Positions 11,001 to 25,390 of a DNA stretch of 64,000 bases are shown here, in pieces; position 1 is the first letter of the stretch; each line of letters begins with the position of its first letter. Position numbers and translations under genes: made by a program. Origin of the DNA: Azolla caroliniana (Eukaryota > Plantae > Polypodiophyta); NCBI GenBank assembly GCA_043228905.1, contig JBHGNT010000017.1:11098001-11162000 (forward strand). Reading direction: 5' to 3'. A model generated the notes under the pieces. It did not search any database, was not told the DNA's origin, and saw only the letters and a list, made by a program, of their open reading frames with translations.

Positions 11001-13557
11001 GCATGATCGAAGAAAGTCCGATCATGACCTGACTGAGCGGACCACAAGAGCCTTTGAGCGATCAAAGCACATCACGGCCTAGCCCGAAGATGGACAAAGG
11101 CAAGGCGAAAATGGCGGAATACGCAGACGATCACGTTGACGACGATGAGTCCACTCATTCACTCGACAGTGAGTTCGGCGGTTTCGATGTACCAATCGGA
11201 GCTAAAAAAGCCCTCATCTCTGCAAATGAAAAGCTCCATCGATCCACCCGTGAAAAGAACCCTATAAGCCGATTCGGCTACAACGATTATATGGCGTATC
11301 ATTACGCCTTTATGATGAAGGTAGCAACAGTACGGGAGCCGGAAACATTTTCCGAAGCAGCCAAGGATCTGCGATGGATCGACGCAATGAACGAGGAGAT
11401 GCAGGCACTACGCAAGAACGAGACGTGGGATCTCGTTCCCACCTCACCACACAAAAAGGCGATTGGATGCAGATGGATTTACAAAGTGAAGTACCACGCC
11501 GACGGTTCCGTCAACCGCTACAAAGCGCGACTCGTAGCGAAAGGCTATGCCCAAGCTCACAGAGTTGACTACGAGGAGACCTTTGCCCCACTGGCAAAGA
11601 TGACGACGGTGCAGACCGTAATTGTGCTTGCCACGGCGAAAGGGTGGCACCTCCATCAAATGGACGTCAAGAACGCCTTTCTACAAGGCGAATTAGAAGA
11701 GGAGGTATACATGATACAACCACCCGGCTTCAACTCAAGCACCCATCCGAAAGTTGTATGCCGACTCAAGAAGCCCCTCTACAGCCTCAAGCAAGCACCG
11801 CGTGCTTGGCATTCGAAGATAATGCACTATCTTCATCAAATCGGCTCCCGTATGTCAAAATCGGACAACTCCCTCTACATACGAAGCAATTCTGCAAGTC
11901 CTATCATCATCATCTTATATGTGGATGACCTAGTCATTGGAGGTGAGCATCTCGTCAAAATCAATAAAGTCAAATCCCTCCTTTCCGACAAGTTCGAGAT
12001 GACGGACATGAAGGATCTCCACTACTTCCTTGGCATCGAGGTAATTCGGACTCCGGCCGGAATCTGATCTCTCAACGGCACTACATCCTCAACTTGTTAT
12101 ACAAGTTTGGGATGGCTGAGTGCAAATCCGCGGCAACCCCGCACGATCGCAATCTCAAACTAGATGCGAACTCCGGCACCAAAGCGTGTGAGCCGACTCA
12201 GTATCGGCAACTCATCAAGAGGCTCATCTACCTCACGATCACACGACCCGATCTCAGTTATCCAATCGGTCTCCTTAGCCAATTCATGCAAACACCGCGT
12301 GATACTCACTTGGATTGCGCTAAGTGAGTTCTACGATACGTGAGTGGCACAATGGATTGTGGCATCCTCTACAAGACCGCGATGCCAATACGACTCGAGG
12401 GGTACACCGACACCGATTGGGCCGGCTACAAAGCCGATAGAAGATCAACCTCCAGATTTGTTTTCTCCCTCGGCAGTGGAGCAATATCCTAGAGTAGCAA
12501 GAAGCAGCCTATCGTCGCTCTTTCAAGTACGGAGGCGGAATACAGGGGCGCAGCCGTAGCTGCGTGCGAAGCCGTATGGCTCAAGAGGATTTTGAAGGAT
12601 CTGGGCATACCCATCAAGGATCCGACTTCCCTTTACTACGACAACATGAGCAGTATCTATCTGGCTCGGAACCCGGTGTTCCACGCACGGACAAAGCACA
12701 TCGAAGTGCACTATCCGAGAGCGCGTTCTAGCTGGCGATGTCGACCTAAAACACATTAGCACAAATCTTCAAACAGCCAACATCTTCACTAAAGCCTTAG
12801 GAGCCGACAAGCTATGGCAATTCATGACCAATCTCGGATTGACAATCCCTGACCTGCCAAGCTTGAGGGGGAGTACTGAACACCTTACGCAATAACGCGT
12901 GGATTCCGCAAGCCGTGCACACTACGCAAGAACGTGTGGATTACACAACCACGCAACGAAGCCGCGAAGAGCCGATCTACCGCGCAAAGCCGCGAAGAAA
13001 AACGCAAGCCGAAGCACACACTTCGCAACTACGTACAATGCAAGCTGGAGCACGGATTCCACAACTCCGCATAAAGCGAGTCGACATGAGTCGACGCGGA
13101 CTCCGGAACACGCGTCGAAGCGGATTTCGGATACCGTTTGAAACCGACCCGACTTGAGCTTGAGGGGGCGTGTTGAGAATCAAGCTCAACTTGTTCTAGT
13201 GTGTGAACTCACCTTGAGAATGAATAGACACTCCAACGGTCAAGAGTCACCATTATGTCACCTCTTTGCATTCTAGCATTTAGTATGAGTCATAGAATCA
13301 TATTCTATGACACATAACTTATGAGTTTTCACATTCCCCATGCTCCATGAGACTTGTAGTTAATGAAGAGAGAGGGTGACTATATAAAGCACCCTCCTCC
13401 CACCTTGTATGATGTTGAGTCTTTCTCCTTTGTTAATACTCTTAACCTTGCGTATTCTCTGTGTTTTACTCCTTGTCTCTCTCACACTCTCTCTCTCTCA
13501 CACTCACATAACATACATCTTTCCACTACACAAGAATCCATCTCTTGATTTTTTACA
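8082..13557 (+). mobile_element. Ty1/copia element C2 (second family), full length, degenerate, inserted in the G1 3' LTR
   Basis: TSD AGTAT 8077-8081 / 13558-13562; 387-bp LTRs 8082-8468 and 13171-13557; PBS TGGTATCAGA (tRNA-iMet) 8469-8478; PPT 13161-13170. Confidence 0.96.
8631..12880 (+). pseudogene. gag-pol: copia gag-pol of C2 with multiple stops and frameshifts
   Basis: UBN2-type gag, WFVDSEAS protease, GAG-pre-integrase LWHKRIGH, RT (RYKARLVAKG, YVDDL), RNase H fragments. Confidence 0.92.
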
Positions 13558-14905
13558 AGTATGAATCACATAAAACAATAATAGTCTAAGTACAAAATGA
13601 TGGAGGTCGTCAAGAGCTTTCGAATGCACTTTATTACACGAGAAACGGACAACTAGATGTCAAGATATGAGGGTATAAAGTTTGTGAAAGGAAAAGACAA
13701 AACTGTGAGATATCCCACATAGGCACGACAAATACGGCTCTCATCATATATAAGGTAGAGCAAAAGCTATTATCTTTGTGTCTATATGTTGAGCATAGAG
13801 AGTTCAAGGTAACTTGAATTAAGAGTAGAGGTGGCCTAGCCACTCATAAAGGTTTTGGCCAACCAAAACAGAACTGGATGGTAACCGGCGATCGGTGATC
13901 TGGCGGGATCGGCATTTGACGGAGGCGGTGGTGGATCCGGCGACCGATGGTAACCGACGACGTTGGCGGCGGCATCCGGCGACCGATGGTAACCGGCGGC
14001 ATCCGGCAAACCGTCGTCATCCGAGATCCGGAGACCAAATTAATAAATAAATATATATCACATATATATATGTACTTTTACATGGAAATTCTCATACATG
14101 AGAGCTAAAATGAGTGACATGGTTATCATACACCACATGTAATACATGAGCGGCAAATGGCAAACATGCATTTTATGCATGTCTTGTACCCTCACATGCA
14201 TCATATGCATGAGAGCATCTATAAAAGAAGGGATGAAAAAGAAGAAGGATTGGGCTTTTTTTGGTTATGAAATTAAGAAGAAGAGAATTCGTTATCGAAT
14301 TGATCATGTAACTTGTTTGTTAAAATCTAAAATCAAGAGTTCAATCTTAATCTCTCTCAATCTAAAGTCAAGTGTTCTATTCTATCTCAAGCTCTCTCTC
14401 TCTCTTTGAATCTAGCTTAAGTACTTTCTCGCTAAAGCTTGCGCCAACTTCAAGTCCTTCCTGTCCAGAACCCCAGCGGTTCCGCCTCACGATCCGCACA
14501 TAGTGACGAATCTTCACGACACCGTGAACACAGAACAGAATAGACCCAAAACAATATATATTTATATTACAAATGGAGGGACAATGATACACAGCTCACG
14601 GCCGGCGTTACAACAAAAAGTATAATCAGATGCTTATAGTGTCCTATTCTAGCTAGGGGGGCTTCCTCTCTCCTCTCTCTGCTCCCTTCCATTCCTTTCT
14701 CCTTCACGTTTTAAAGTTTTTCCTTTCCCCACTTGGCATGCTTCAATCTTCCATTGTTTTCGGTTGCACATATTGTGTGTTTGTTCGGCTCTTTGTTTCT
14801 TGTTACTTTCCCGATTAAAGTTTCCTTCACCTACTTTTGCCTACCTCCAGATTTGTTTCACACTTAATATAAAGAAATTGACCCACAAACAACAACATAC
14901 ACTGA

Positions 14906-15381
14906 CATTGCGATCCGACCTCAAGTGTAGCTTGAGGGGGAGTGTTGAGCAGACAGGCTCAACCGGATCCAGATCGGCTGAACAAGCCAGAGCCAGATCA
15001 GTGTCTACAACGAAGAAATGGATCAGTGTCTGGATGGTATTCGGAACAAGGAGCCGGATTGGATTGGAACCGATAGGCTGTTAGAGACCTACGAATCTAG
15101 CCTAGTATGTAGGTGTATTTTTGGGAGTCAGTGTTAGTCGCTCGTATGAGCATTGAAGTACTTGTCAATACTTATGCCAGTCCTTTTAAGGACTTGTATA
15201 AAAAGTGTTATGTAGGACATTGTATGCATACAGAGTGTTATTATTTTGAATTGAGTTATGTTCTGCTCTAACTTTGTCTTTATCTCTCCCGTGTAACGTT
15301 TCCATTAAACCTATGTGTGTATTACTTTGCTATCCGGACGAGCCGGTTTTGTCTTAGCTTCCGCAATCATATTCTTTTACA
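14906..15381 (+). mobile_element. Orphan copia 3' end: PPT plus ~439-bp LTR
   Basis: AGCTTGAGGGGGAG PPT then TGTTGAG (14943)...TTTTACA (15381), TATAAAA inside; no upstream internal region or partner LTR seen. Confidence 0.65.
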
Positions 15382-15943
15382 ATAACACACTTTGGTACTT
15401 TAGACTTTAGTATACTTCTTTCTTTACTCACTCAACTCTCCTTATTTTTCATTGCTTCCTCCTCTCGCAATTCCACACATCACACATCTCCCAACCATCG
15501 TAGTTTTTTGACACATCCCACATCTCCCACCCGTCAAGGTCATCCAATTTCTCCTATGCGAGATGAGGACAACCGATCAATATCTCCAGTCCATGAAGAG
15601 GATATTAACAACGATATCGAATTCGTCACGAGGGATCATTTCCGTAAAACGCAAGACGATATTGTCAAGTCAATGACAATGGTCACAACTGCGTTCTCCT
15701 CCAAACTGAAGGGTTTCTTGATGCCAATAGTCATAAGTTTGAAAACCTTCAACAACAAAATTTTGGAGTTAAAGGCACACACTTCCACATCAAGCAATAC
15801 GAAGAAGCCTTCATTTACTCAACAGTTCTCGGGAAGGGATAAGCAACGCAACCACGAGTTTGTGAGCAGTTGGATAAACAGATGGAATGCTCACTTTCAC
15901 CTCAAAAATATTCAAAATGACTCTGAAAATATCGATATGGTGG

Positions 15944-18900
15944 TGTTAGGAAACAGGTCCCTCCGGATAGGATTGGAGTACCCAGCAACGGAAGACCCGG
16001 TGAGAACCGAATGACGAGTACCTGGCAAGAGCCGGATGGTGGAGACCCGGTGAGAACCGGATGTGGAGTACCCGGCAACGGAAGACCCGGTGAGAACCGG
16101 ATGATGAGTACCCAGCAATGGAAGACCCGGTGAGAACCAGATGACGTGTGCCCGGCAAGCGTTGGGTGATGCAGGCCCGGTGAGGACTGCTCACCGGATG
16201 AAGGGACTTATGGATGAAGGACTTCATCGGAGAGCTCGGTATCCGGCAAGATGAATATCGGCTCTATTGCGACAGTCAAAGTGCCATCCACCTTGCTAAG
16301 AATGCGGCCTAACATTCCCGGACGAAGCATATCCAACGAAGGTATCACTGGATCTGGGAAAGAGTAGATGACCAGGAGTTCGCGCTGACGAAGATCCACA
16401 CGGCCGAGAACGGGTCAGATATGCTGACCAAAGTACTAATACCCGACAAGTTGGATGCATGCCGGAAGAGGATCGGACTAGTAAGACATCCCATGCCGGA
16501 GTGAAGGGGGAGTTTGTTAGGAAACAGGTCCCTCCAGATGGGATTGGAGTACCCGGCAACAGAAGACCCGGTGAGAACCGGATGACGAGTACCCAGCAAG
16601 AGTCGGATGGTGAAGACCCGGTGAGAACCGGATGTGGAGTACCCGACAACGGAAGACCCGGTGAAAACCAGATGTGGAGTACCCGGCAACGGAAGACCCG
16701 GTGAGAACCAGATGACATGTGCCCGGCAAGCGCCGGGTGATGCAGGCCCGGTGAGGACTGCTTACCGGATGAAGGGACATATTCGTAAATATGTTTATGA
16801 GAGTCCATCGGATCTATATTTGTAAATAGCCGAAAAGTCATATTAGTATAAATATGACTTAGGGCAAACTTAGTACTGGTTGTTGTCATTCTTGTTGGTG
16901 CAAGATTAGAGCGTGTAACTGTGTACAGAGAGTGAGAGAGAGAGAGAGAGAGAGAGAAGAAGAGGTCGTTGCTTCTGTTGTAACCGCCACCTATGGCGAA
17001 GATAGCAAGCTCGAGGTCGTTGCCTCGGTGCTCTACTATTGTACATTCTGATATTGTGATAGTTTGCAGTCTGTGGGCTGCCGTGGTTTTTCCCTAGTTT
17101 TGGTTTTCCACGTTAACATCCTGTGTACTCTTCTCTTCACTGTGTCGTGCGTTCATTACTCGTTTTCTGTGTTTTTTTATCCTAGGCTCGGTTGTGGCCG
17201 AGCGTTGTTCATCGGGAGCGTGTAGTTCTTGACAAAGTAGTATCAGAGTGAAATGACACAGAAAATGGACGAATCGTTGGGAGGCATGTTCAAGCTCACC
17301 GGCTCCAACTATTCGGCGTGGAAGTCGAAGATGAGGGACATGCTCGTGGTTAAAGATCTTTGGTTGCCGGTTCAGTTCGGGAACAAGAGACCGGACAAAA
17401 TCGACGCTGCGATATGGGAGGTGATGCACATGAAGACAACGGCATACATACGGTGCTTCATCGACATGAGTCTATAAAACAACTTCAATGAAGAGAGCAA
17501 GGCTCATGAGCTCTGGGAGAAGATCGGCATCATGTTTCAGAACAAAAATGTTGTCAATCAGGTTTCGGTATTTCGGAAGCTAGTAAGACTCCGGTACCAA
17601 GATGACTCAAACATGGCGGAGCACTTGAATGCCTTTCACGGGCTGATCCACCAAGCAACATCATTGGAAGTACCTCTTGCGAATGAGGTACTAGCAGTAC
17701 TCCTGCTCGATTCCCTCCCAGATAGCTGGGAAACATTGGTTGTCATCTTGGGCAACGCCGGGCCGGAAGGGAAACAGTTATCCCTAGCAAGAGTGAAGTC
17801 GAGCTTGCTAGACGAGGAGGCGCGTCGGAAAGATAAGGATACGAGCTCCGACTCCAAAGCGCTCCTTACCGAATCGGAACGCGGAAGACAAAGGAACCGT
17901 AGTCCCCAGAACCGGGAGAAGTCGGGAACATGGTCAAAGTCAAGGGGGAGGCCTACTTGCTTCTATTGCGGCAAGCCGGGACACTTCCAGAAAAACTGTC
18001 GGCACTTCCGAAAGGACAAGGAAACCGACGGCACAGATTCGAAGCGGACACCGGACCGAAACGGTAAAGACCGGAGGGGGCCGGACTGGAAGGGAACGAC
18101 GACAATCGTGGCATGTGAAGAATAGTTGATGCTCATCACCGAGGAGAGTGAGCTAAACCTTGCTGGCGACGAGATGAGGGTGGTCGACTCCGGAGCGTCG
18201 TTCCACCTTACCCCGGACCGGAAATACTTCTCATCCTACTCAGCCGGTAATCATGGCTATGTCCGGATGGGGAATGAAAGTACATGCCGAATTGTTGGCA
18301 TAGGAGACGTGTGGTTGACAACACCAACCGGATGCAAGCTACTGTTGAAGGATGTCTGACACGTTCCGGAGGTTCACCTGAACTTGATATCAGTCAGTCG
18401 GCTAGATGATGAAGGCTACACGGGTAGCATCCGGAATGGTGTTATGAAGGTCAATAAAGGGAGCCTAATTGTGGCTCTAGCCAGGAAGGTCAACACGTTG
18501 TACCTGATGAATGCCCGATTATGCCCGGAAGAAGTGAACGCGGCATCCGACACTGCCGGTGAGCTGTGGCACAAGAGGCTGTGTCACATGAGTGAGAAGG
18601 GGATGAAGAGGCTTGCAGATGACAACCTCATTCCAGTGAAGAACGTGCACTTGGAGAAGTGCATTGATTGTCTGGCTGGTAAACAAAACCGGACCTCCTT
18701 CCAATCGAGGCCACCGATGAGACGTAATGCACCATTGATGTATGTCAAGTGGACACGAAGTCACATGCCGGATCGCAGTACTTCGTGACGTTCATAGATG
18801 ACCATAGCCGGAAGCTGTGGGCCAGACCGTTGAAGACGAAGGATCATGTGTTATCCGTCTTCAAAGAGCTCCACGCGAGAGTGGAAAGAGAAACTAGTTG

Positions 18901-21900
18901 GAAGCTGAAGGCGGTTCGAGCAGATAACGGAAGTGAATACCGGGGGCAGTTCGAGGAGTATTGTCGCTCGAAGGGAATCCGGCTCGAATTTACCATGCCG
19001 AAGACACTGGAACTAAACGGGCTGGCCGAGAGGATGAACCGAACCATAATGGAGAGGGTCTGGAGTATGCTGGCGCATGCAAAACTACCCAAGAAGTTTT
19101 GGGATGAGGCACTGTCGACGGCGACATATATGATAAACATATCACCCTCAGTACCCTTGGACGGAGACACGCCACAGAGAGTCTGGACCGGTAAGGAAGT
19201 GTCCTACGGGCATGTGAAGGTATTCGGGTGTCTTGCGTACGTGCATGTAGCTAAGGACCGGAGAGGAAAACTAGATCCGAAGACCCGACCATGCATATTC
19301 CTCGGTTACGGCGACGATGAGTTCGGCTACTGAGTGTGGGACCTGGTCAACAAGAAGGTATTCCGAAGTCGAGATATTATCTTCCTGGAGGACAAGACAC
19401 TCGCCGACTGGGAGTTGGAGAAGAAGATAATTAACTCTGAGTCGACCGGTAAGATTAGATTCTACGATGAGCACACCCAACCGGCAAGAGACCGGTTAGC
19501 ACTCGAGGAACCAGCCGGTTACGGTGAGGATACCGAACCGGCAGAAGAAGAAGTTGAAACCGGAACCGGCCAAGACCCCGAATCGGATTCGGATGAAGAG
19601 CAAATGGAGGAGCCGGTTATCGAAGCCCAAAAACGGAGATATCCTCTTAGAGAGAGAAGGGCCCCCCAGAGATTTCTGGATGTAGAGCATGTGCTGCTAA
19701 CCGATGAGGGGGAGCCAGAAAGCTTTGAAGAAGCGAAGGATGACACCCACAGCCGCAAATGGTTAAGTGCCATGTAGGATGAGATGGATTCCCTACACGA
19801 GAACCATACGTACGAATTGGTGGAGTTGCCGAAAGGAAAGCGGGCACTCCGAAACAAGTGGGTGTACAAGTTGAAACTGGGAGATACCGGCAACCCCCCG
19901 AGATACAAAGCCAGGATCGTGGTAAAGGGGTTCCAACAGAAGAAGGGCGTGGACATCGACGAGATATTTGCCCCGGTAGTAAAGATGACCTCCATCCGGA
20001 TGGTGCTGAGTATAGCGGCAAGCATGGACCTCGAGGTAGAGCAGCTGGACGTGAAGACGGCATTTCTTCACGGTGACCTCGAAGAGGAGATCTACATGTA
20101 GCAACCGGAAGGATTCGTGGAGAAAGGGAAGGAGCAACTGGTTTGTCAGTTGAAGAAGAGCCTGTACGGACTGAAGCAGGCTCCCTGACAATGGTACCGG
20201 AAGTTCGACTCCTTCATGACTGATCAAGGGTACCACAAGACGCAGGCCAATCACTACGTGTTTGTGAAGAAGTTCGAAGGAGGCGACTTCCTGATACTCC
20301 TTCTGTACGTGGATGACATGTTGATCGTCGGACGGGACCAAGCCAGAATACGGATGCTGAAGAAGGCTCTCAACCGAACTTTCACAATGAAAGACTTGGG
20401 TTCAGTAAGACAGATGTTGTGGATGCATATCATTCGGAACCGGCCAACGAAGCAATTGTGGCTGTCACAAGAGAAGTACGTGACAAAGGTGCTTCAACAG
20501 TTCAACATGTTAGAAGCGAAACCGGTCGGTTCGACACTCCCGGCAAACTGCAGATTATCTGGTAAGCAAAGCCCGAAGACGAAAGCAGAGAAGGCTGATA
20601 TGATGAAGGTTCCATACGCCTCTGCCGTCGGGAGCTTAATGTACACAATGGTGTGTACCCGACCGGATATAGGATACACAGTCGGAGTGGTGAGCCGGTT
20701 TATGAGCAATCTCGGCAAGGAGCACTGGAACGTGGTCAAATGGATACTCTGGTACTTAAAGGGCACTTCAAATATGTGTCTCCGATTCGGCTCCGGAAAA
20801 CCTCAACTTGACGGTTTTACCGATTCGGACATGTCGGCTGATGTGGATATCAGTCGGTCTACATCCGGGTATGTAATGACATATGCAGGGGGAGCTGTTT
20901 CGTGGCAGTCGAGGCTGCAGAAGACGGTTGCGTTGTCAACCACGGAGGCGGACTACATGGCGGCTGTGGAAGCCGGCAAGGAAATATTATGGATGAAGGA
21001 CTTCATCGGAGAGCTCGGTATCCGGCAAGATGAATACCGGCTCTATTGTGACAGTCAAAGTGTCATCCACCTTGCTAAGAATGCGGCCTAACATTCCCGG
21101 ACGAAGCATATCCATCGAAGGTATCACTGGATCTGGGAAAGAGTAGATGACCAGGAGTTCGCACTGACGAAGATCCACACAGCCGAGAATGGGTCAGATA
21201 TGCTAACCAAAGTACTAATACCCGACAAGTTGGATGCATGCCGGAAGAGGATCGGACTAGTAAGACATCCCATGCCGGAGTGAAGGGGGATTTTGTTAGG
21301 AAACAGGTCCCTCCGGATGGGATTGGAGTACCCGACAACAGAAGACCCGGTGAGAACCGGATGACGAGTACCCGGGTACGGAAGACCCGGTGAGAACCGG
21401 ATGACGAGTACCCGGCAAGAGCCGGATGGTGAAGACCCGGTGAGAACCGGATGTGGAGTACCCGGCAACGGAAGACCCAGTGAGAACCGGATGACGAGTA
21501 CCCGGCAAGAGTCGGATGGTGAAGACCCAGTGAGAACCGGATGTGGAGTACCCGGCAACGGAAGACCCGGTGAGAACCAGATGATGTGTGCCCGGCAAGC
21601 GCCGGGTGATGCAGGCCCGGTGAGGAGTGCTCACCGGATGAAGGGACATATTCGTAAATATGTTTCTGAGAGTCCATCAGGGCTATATTTGTAAATAGCC
21701 AAAAAGTCATATTAGTATAAATATGACTTAGGGCAAACTTAGTACTGGTTGTTGTCATTCTTGTTGGTGCAAGATTAGAGCGCGTAACTGTGTACAGAGA
21801 GTAAGAGGGAGAGAGAGAGAGAGAAGAAGAGGTCGTTGCCTCTGTTGTAACCACCGCCTGTGGTGAAGATAACAAGCTCGAGGTCGTTGCCTCGGTGCTC

Positions 21901-22100
21901 TACTATTGTACATTCTAATATTGTGATAGTTTGCAGTCTATGGGCTGCCGTGGTTTTTCCCTAGTTTCGGTTTTCCACGTTAGCATCCTGTGTACTCTTC
22001 TCTTCACTGTGTCGTGCGTTCATTACCCGTTTTTTGTGTTTTCTATCCTAGGCTCGATTGTGGCCGAGCGTTGTTCATCGGTAGCGTGTCGTTCTTGACA
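15944..22100 (+). mobile_element. Ty1/copia element C3 (C1 family) with three-LTR structure
   Basis: TSD GGTGG 15939-15943 / 22101-22105. Partial LTR 15944-16207, RNase H fragment + PPT 16208-16514, LTR 16515-17234, mutated PBS TAGTATCAGAG, LTR 21294-22100. Confidence 0.93.
17265..21283 (+). pseudogene. gag-pol: copia gag-pol of C3, multiple nonsense mutations
   Basis: ORF pieces 17253..21091 collinear with C1 and C5 proteins. Confidence 0.93.
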
Positions 22101-25100
22101 GGTGGTTCATGAGATGATTGATGCCACAAACTCTTGGTGGGAGCGGTTGGATAGAAAATTGGGAACGTGGGAGGCATTTGAAAAGACTCTTAGGATGGAA
22201 TTTGTCCATCCCAAGATGACTTCTCAAGTGATACAAGATATGTGTCACTTGTCAGATAAGGGCAGAACTATTGACCAATTCAATCAGTATTTCCGCGACT
22301 TTATAACAAAGCATGGACTATTATCTTTTTATAATGAGTAAATACTGATAGGATTGCTACATATTAATAGTTTCAATAATAAAGATTTTCATTACAAGAC
22401 CGACGCTCATCAACCCAAGAATTTGGGAGAAGCGATGGAATGTGCCCGCATTCTATTTGACACAAAAGCTCGTTACAACCAAAAGAGTTGGAAGGAGAAA
22501 GTGATAAACGAAGATACCAACCTTCTCTGATAGGTCAAGGCGACAATGCTAAAAGCCGGGTAATAATCTACAACTTTTGTAAGAAGCTTGGGCATAAAGC
22601 CAACGAGTGTAGGTGGAGAAAGGAGAGCAGTAACTCCAACAATCCGCAAAGAAAACCATCAACTTCCAATAATCCAAGTATGTTCTTGAATTATTTGAAT
22701 TTCATTAGTTCTAATGTATTACAGAAAATATTCTTGAACCACACGACTTACTTAAAATTTATGGGGCTATCCACAATCAAAGTGTAACTATACTATTTGA
22801 CTGTGGTAGCACTCATAATTTTCTTGACTCTAATATGGTGTTGATGTTACGAATAAAAACAGCCAAAAGTGACCACAACTACAAAGTCCTTACTACGGGA
22901 GGCCATGTCCAAAGGCATTCATTAATTGCACATGGTGTACCCCTAGTAATAAATAACTACACTAAAAAGTTGACTTTTCATGTAATACATTTACGAATAG
23001 TAGATGTAGTTCTTGGTTACATATGGTTTTATAATAGACATAATCTTGATATCAATTGGTCGAATCATATTATTTCTTTTGATGGAAATAACAACCATGA
23101 AGTTTTTATTCATGGGACTACGATAAACAATTTAATGTCTATTAATCATCTTTATACTTATGATTGAAATGTTGATGCACAATTTTATGTGTTTATGTTA
23201 TAGCCCAATGATCCTCTATATCAATTTGTAGATAAGAGTTCATTGGATGATTTTGAGAAAGATGCTCTACGTGACATCTTGTCACATTTTAAGGAGATAT
23301 TTTCAAATAAGTTACCTCAAGGATTATGCAGACATAAGATAAACTTGGTTCCAGGCGCTAAACCTGTGAGCATACCCCCTTATCGGTTGAGTCGAGCCAA
23401 AGAGGATGAAATTGCCCGACAAATCAAGGAGTACTTGAGGATGGGACACATCCGCTATAGCAAATCACCATAGGGAGCTCCTATCATCTTAGCCAAGAAG
23501 AATGATAGAACTTGGCGAATGTGTGAATTACAAAGGATTGAATAAACTCACCATTCGCAATTCCTACCCTTTGCCTCATTCTGATGACTTGATAGATAAA
23601 CTCCAAAGTGCAAGATATTTTCCTAAGAATGACTTGCGCACTGGCTATCATCAGATCAAGGTTTCGGAAGAAGATGTTTCCAAAACAGCTTTCCAAACTT
23701 GTTATGGCCATTATGAGTTTTGGGTTCTTTCATTTGAGCTGACGGACTCTCCAATCACATTCCAACAACTGAAGAATGATATATTCAGAGATTAGCTAGG
23801 AGATTTCGTGGTCGTATTCCTTGATGACATCAGGTATATAGTAACACATTTGAGGATCATGTGCATCATGTCCGAATAGTTTTGGACAAGCTTCGGGAAT
23901 AGAAGCTATTTGCCAAACTATCTAAATGTGATTTCTTTCAAAAGGAAGTTACATATCTTGGACACCACATATCTAGGTCGGGTGTGTCTATCGATAAATC
24001 TAATATAGAAACGGTATTAAATTGGCCACGACCTTCAAATATTAAGGATGTGCGATCTTTCTTAGGATTTGTTGGATTCCTAAGAATATCTCTTCAAAAC
24101 TATTCATCCTACACTGCACCATTTATGGAACTATTGAAGGGTATTACAAGAAAGTCCACTAAACCTAATGAGTGGAATGCCTCTCTTGAAGAAACCTTCA
24201 ATAAGTTGAAGTCATTAATTGTGAATGCACCTACTTTAGCTATACCTGATCATAATCAAACATTTGAAATTGAGACGGATGCAAGTGATTATGCTATTAG
24301 GGCTGCATTATTTCAAATTGGGAGACCAATTGCTTTTGAAAGAAAAAAATTGAATTCGGCCCAAAGAAATTACTCGGTTCAAGAAAAAGAATTATTTGCT
24401 ATCATGTATGCCTTGAAAAAATGGCGACATTATTTGTATTGTAGTAAATTTACTATTTTAATGGACCACAAATCCATGCAATACTTCCTCTCTCAAAAGA
24501 ACTTTGAGGGTTGAAAGGCAAGATGGGCGGAGTTCATGCAAGACTTCGATTTTGAAATTAGATATCGAAAAGGGGCTTTGAATTCCGTTGCAAATGTCGT
24601 AAGTCCTATTCCAGAAATTAATGCCCTAAGTTTCGTAGAATTTAACGACGACTTATTTGATTTGATCCGGGGTAAACAAAAATACATTGATGACAGAACA
24701 TTTTCCAAGTTCTGGAAGAGAGCTGAAACAGGTATTGACGTCGATTATGGAAAGCAATTGGCTATTAAGTTTATTAAACATCTGTATAGCTTATATGGTC
24801 TACCGATGGAGATTGTAAGTGATTGAGACTCCAAGTTTACAAGTACATTTTGGTCAGAAATTATGCAAAAATTGCAAACAACCTTGAGTCTCAATTCTTC
24901 TGATCATCCTCAGTTAGATGGGCAAACTAAGAGAGTGAATCAAGTATTAGAGGATATGTTGAGAGCATATGTAGCACAAAAACCCTCATTATGGGAGACT
25001 TACCTTCCTATGGTGGAATTTGCCTACAACAACACTAAGCATACATCAACAAAATACACTCCATTCATGTTGATGTATGGTTATACGCCACGTCCTCCTA

Positions 25101-25390
25101 TTGATGTTTCGTTTGATTCACATACTTTGGATAGTACAAAGGATTTTCTCTCCAATATTCTTGAAGCACGTAAATTAGCAGAAGAAAAACCTTAGGATGG
25201 TATGGGATAGAAATGTCTTTTATGCAAATCATGATAGAAAACCAAGGGAATTCCACGTAGGGCAACAGGTTTTTCTACGGGTTCCTAAGGACTCATAAAC
25301 ATTGAGAACAAGACCATGTGCAAAATTAGCCCCATGGTATTGTGGACCATATAAAGTTTTAAACGTATAGGTCCCAATGCTTATCGTTTG

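Larger units (their letters stand above)
1..14521 (+). mobile_element. Ty3/gypsy LTR retrotransposon G1 (non-chromoviral, fungal/Ylt1-like RT), 5' part outside window, interrupted by two copia insertions
   Basis: RT (PFLDD), RNase H and integrase ORFs. Host frame HRGTW|ATFEK is restored across the copia at 2030-6845. PPT GGTGGGGGTGGA 8011-8022. 3' LTR 8023-8081 + 13563-14521 has a 13-bp terminal inverted repeat TGTCGTGAAGATT...AATCTTCACGACA. Confidence 0.9.

Noticed and set aside
14522-14615. Alternative G1 LTR end at GTTACAACA (14615)
   Set aside because: 14521 gives a 13-bp terminal inverted repeat and aligns with the ends of sister LTRs
21075-21875. Long antisense ORFs in copia LTRs and pol (e.g. 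266 aa, 197 aa, 188 aa)
   Set aside because: Products of GC-rich tandem repeats and codon bias; no recognisable domains
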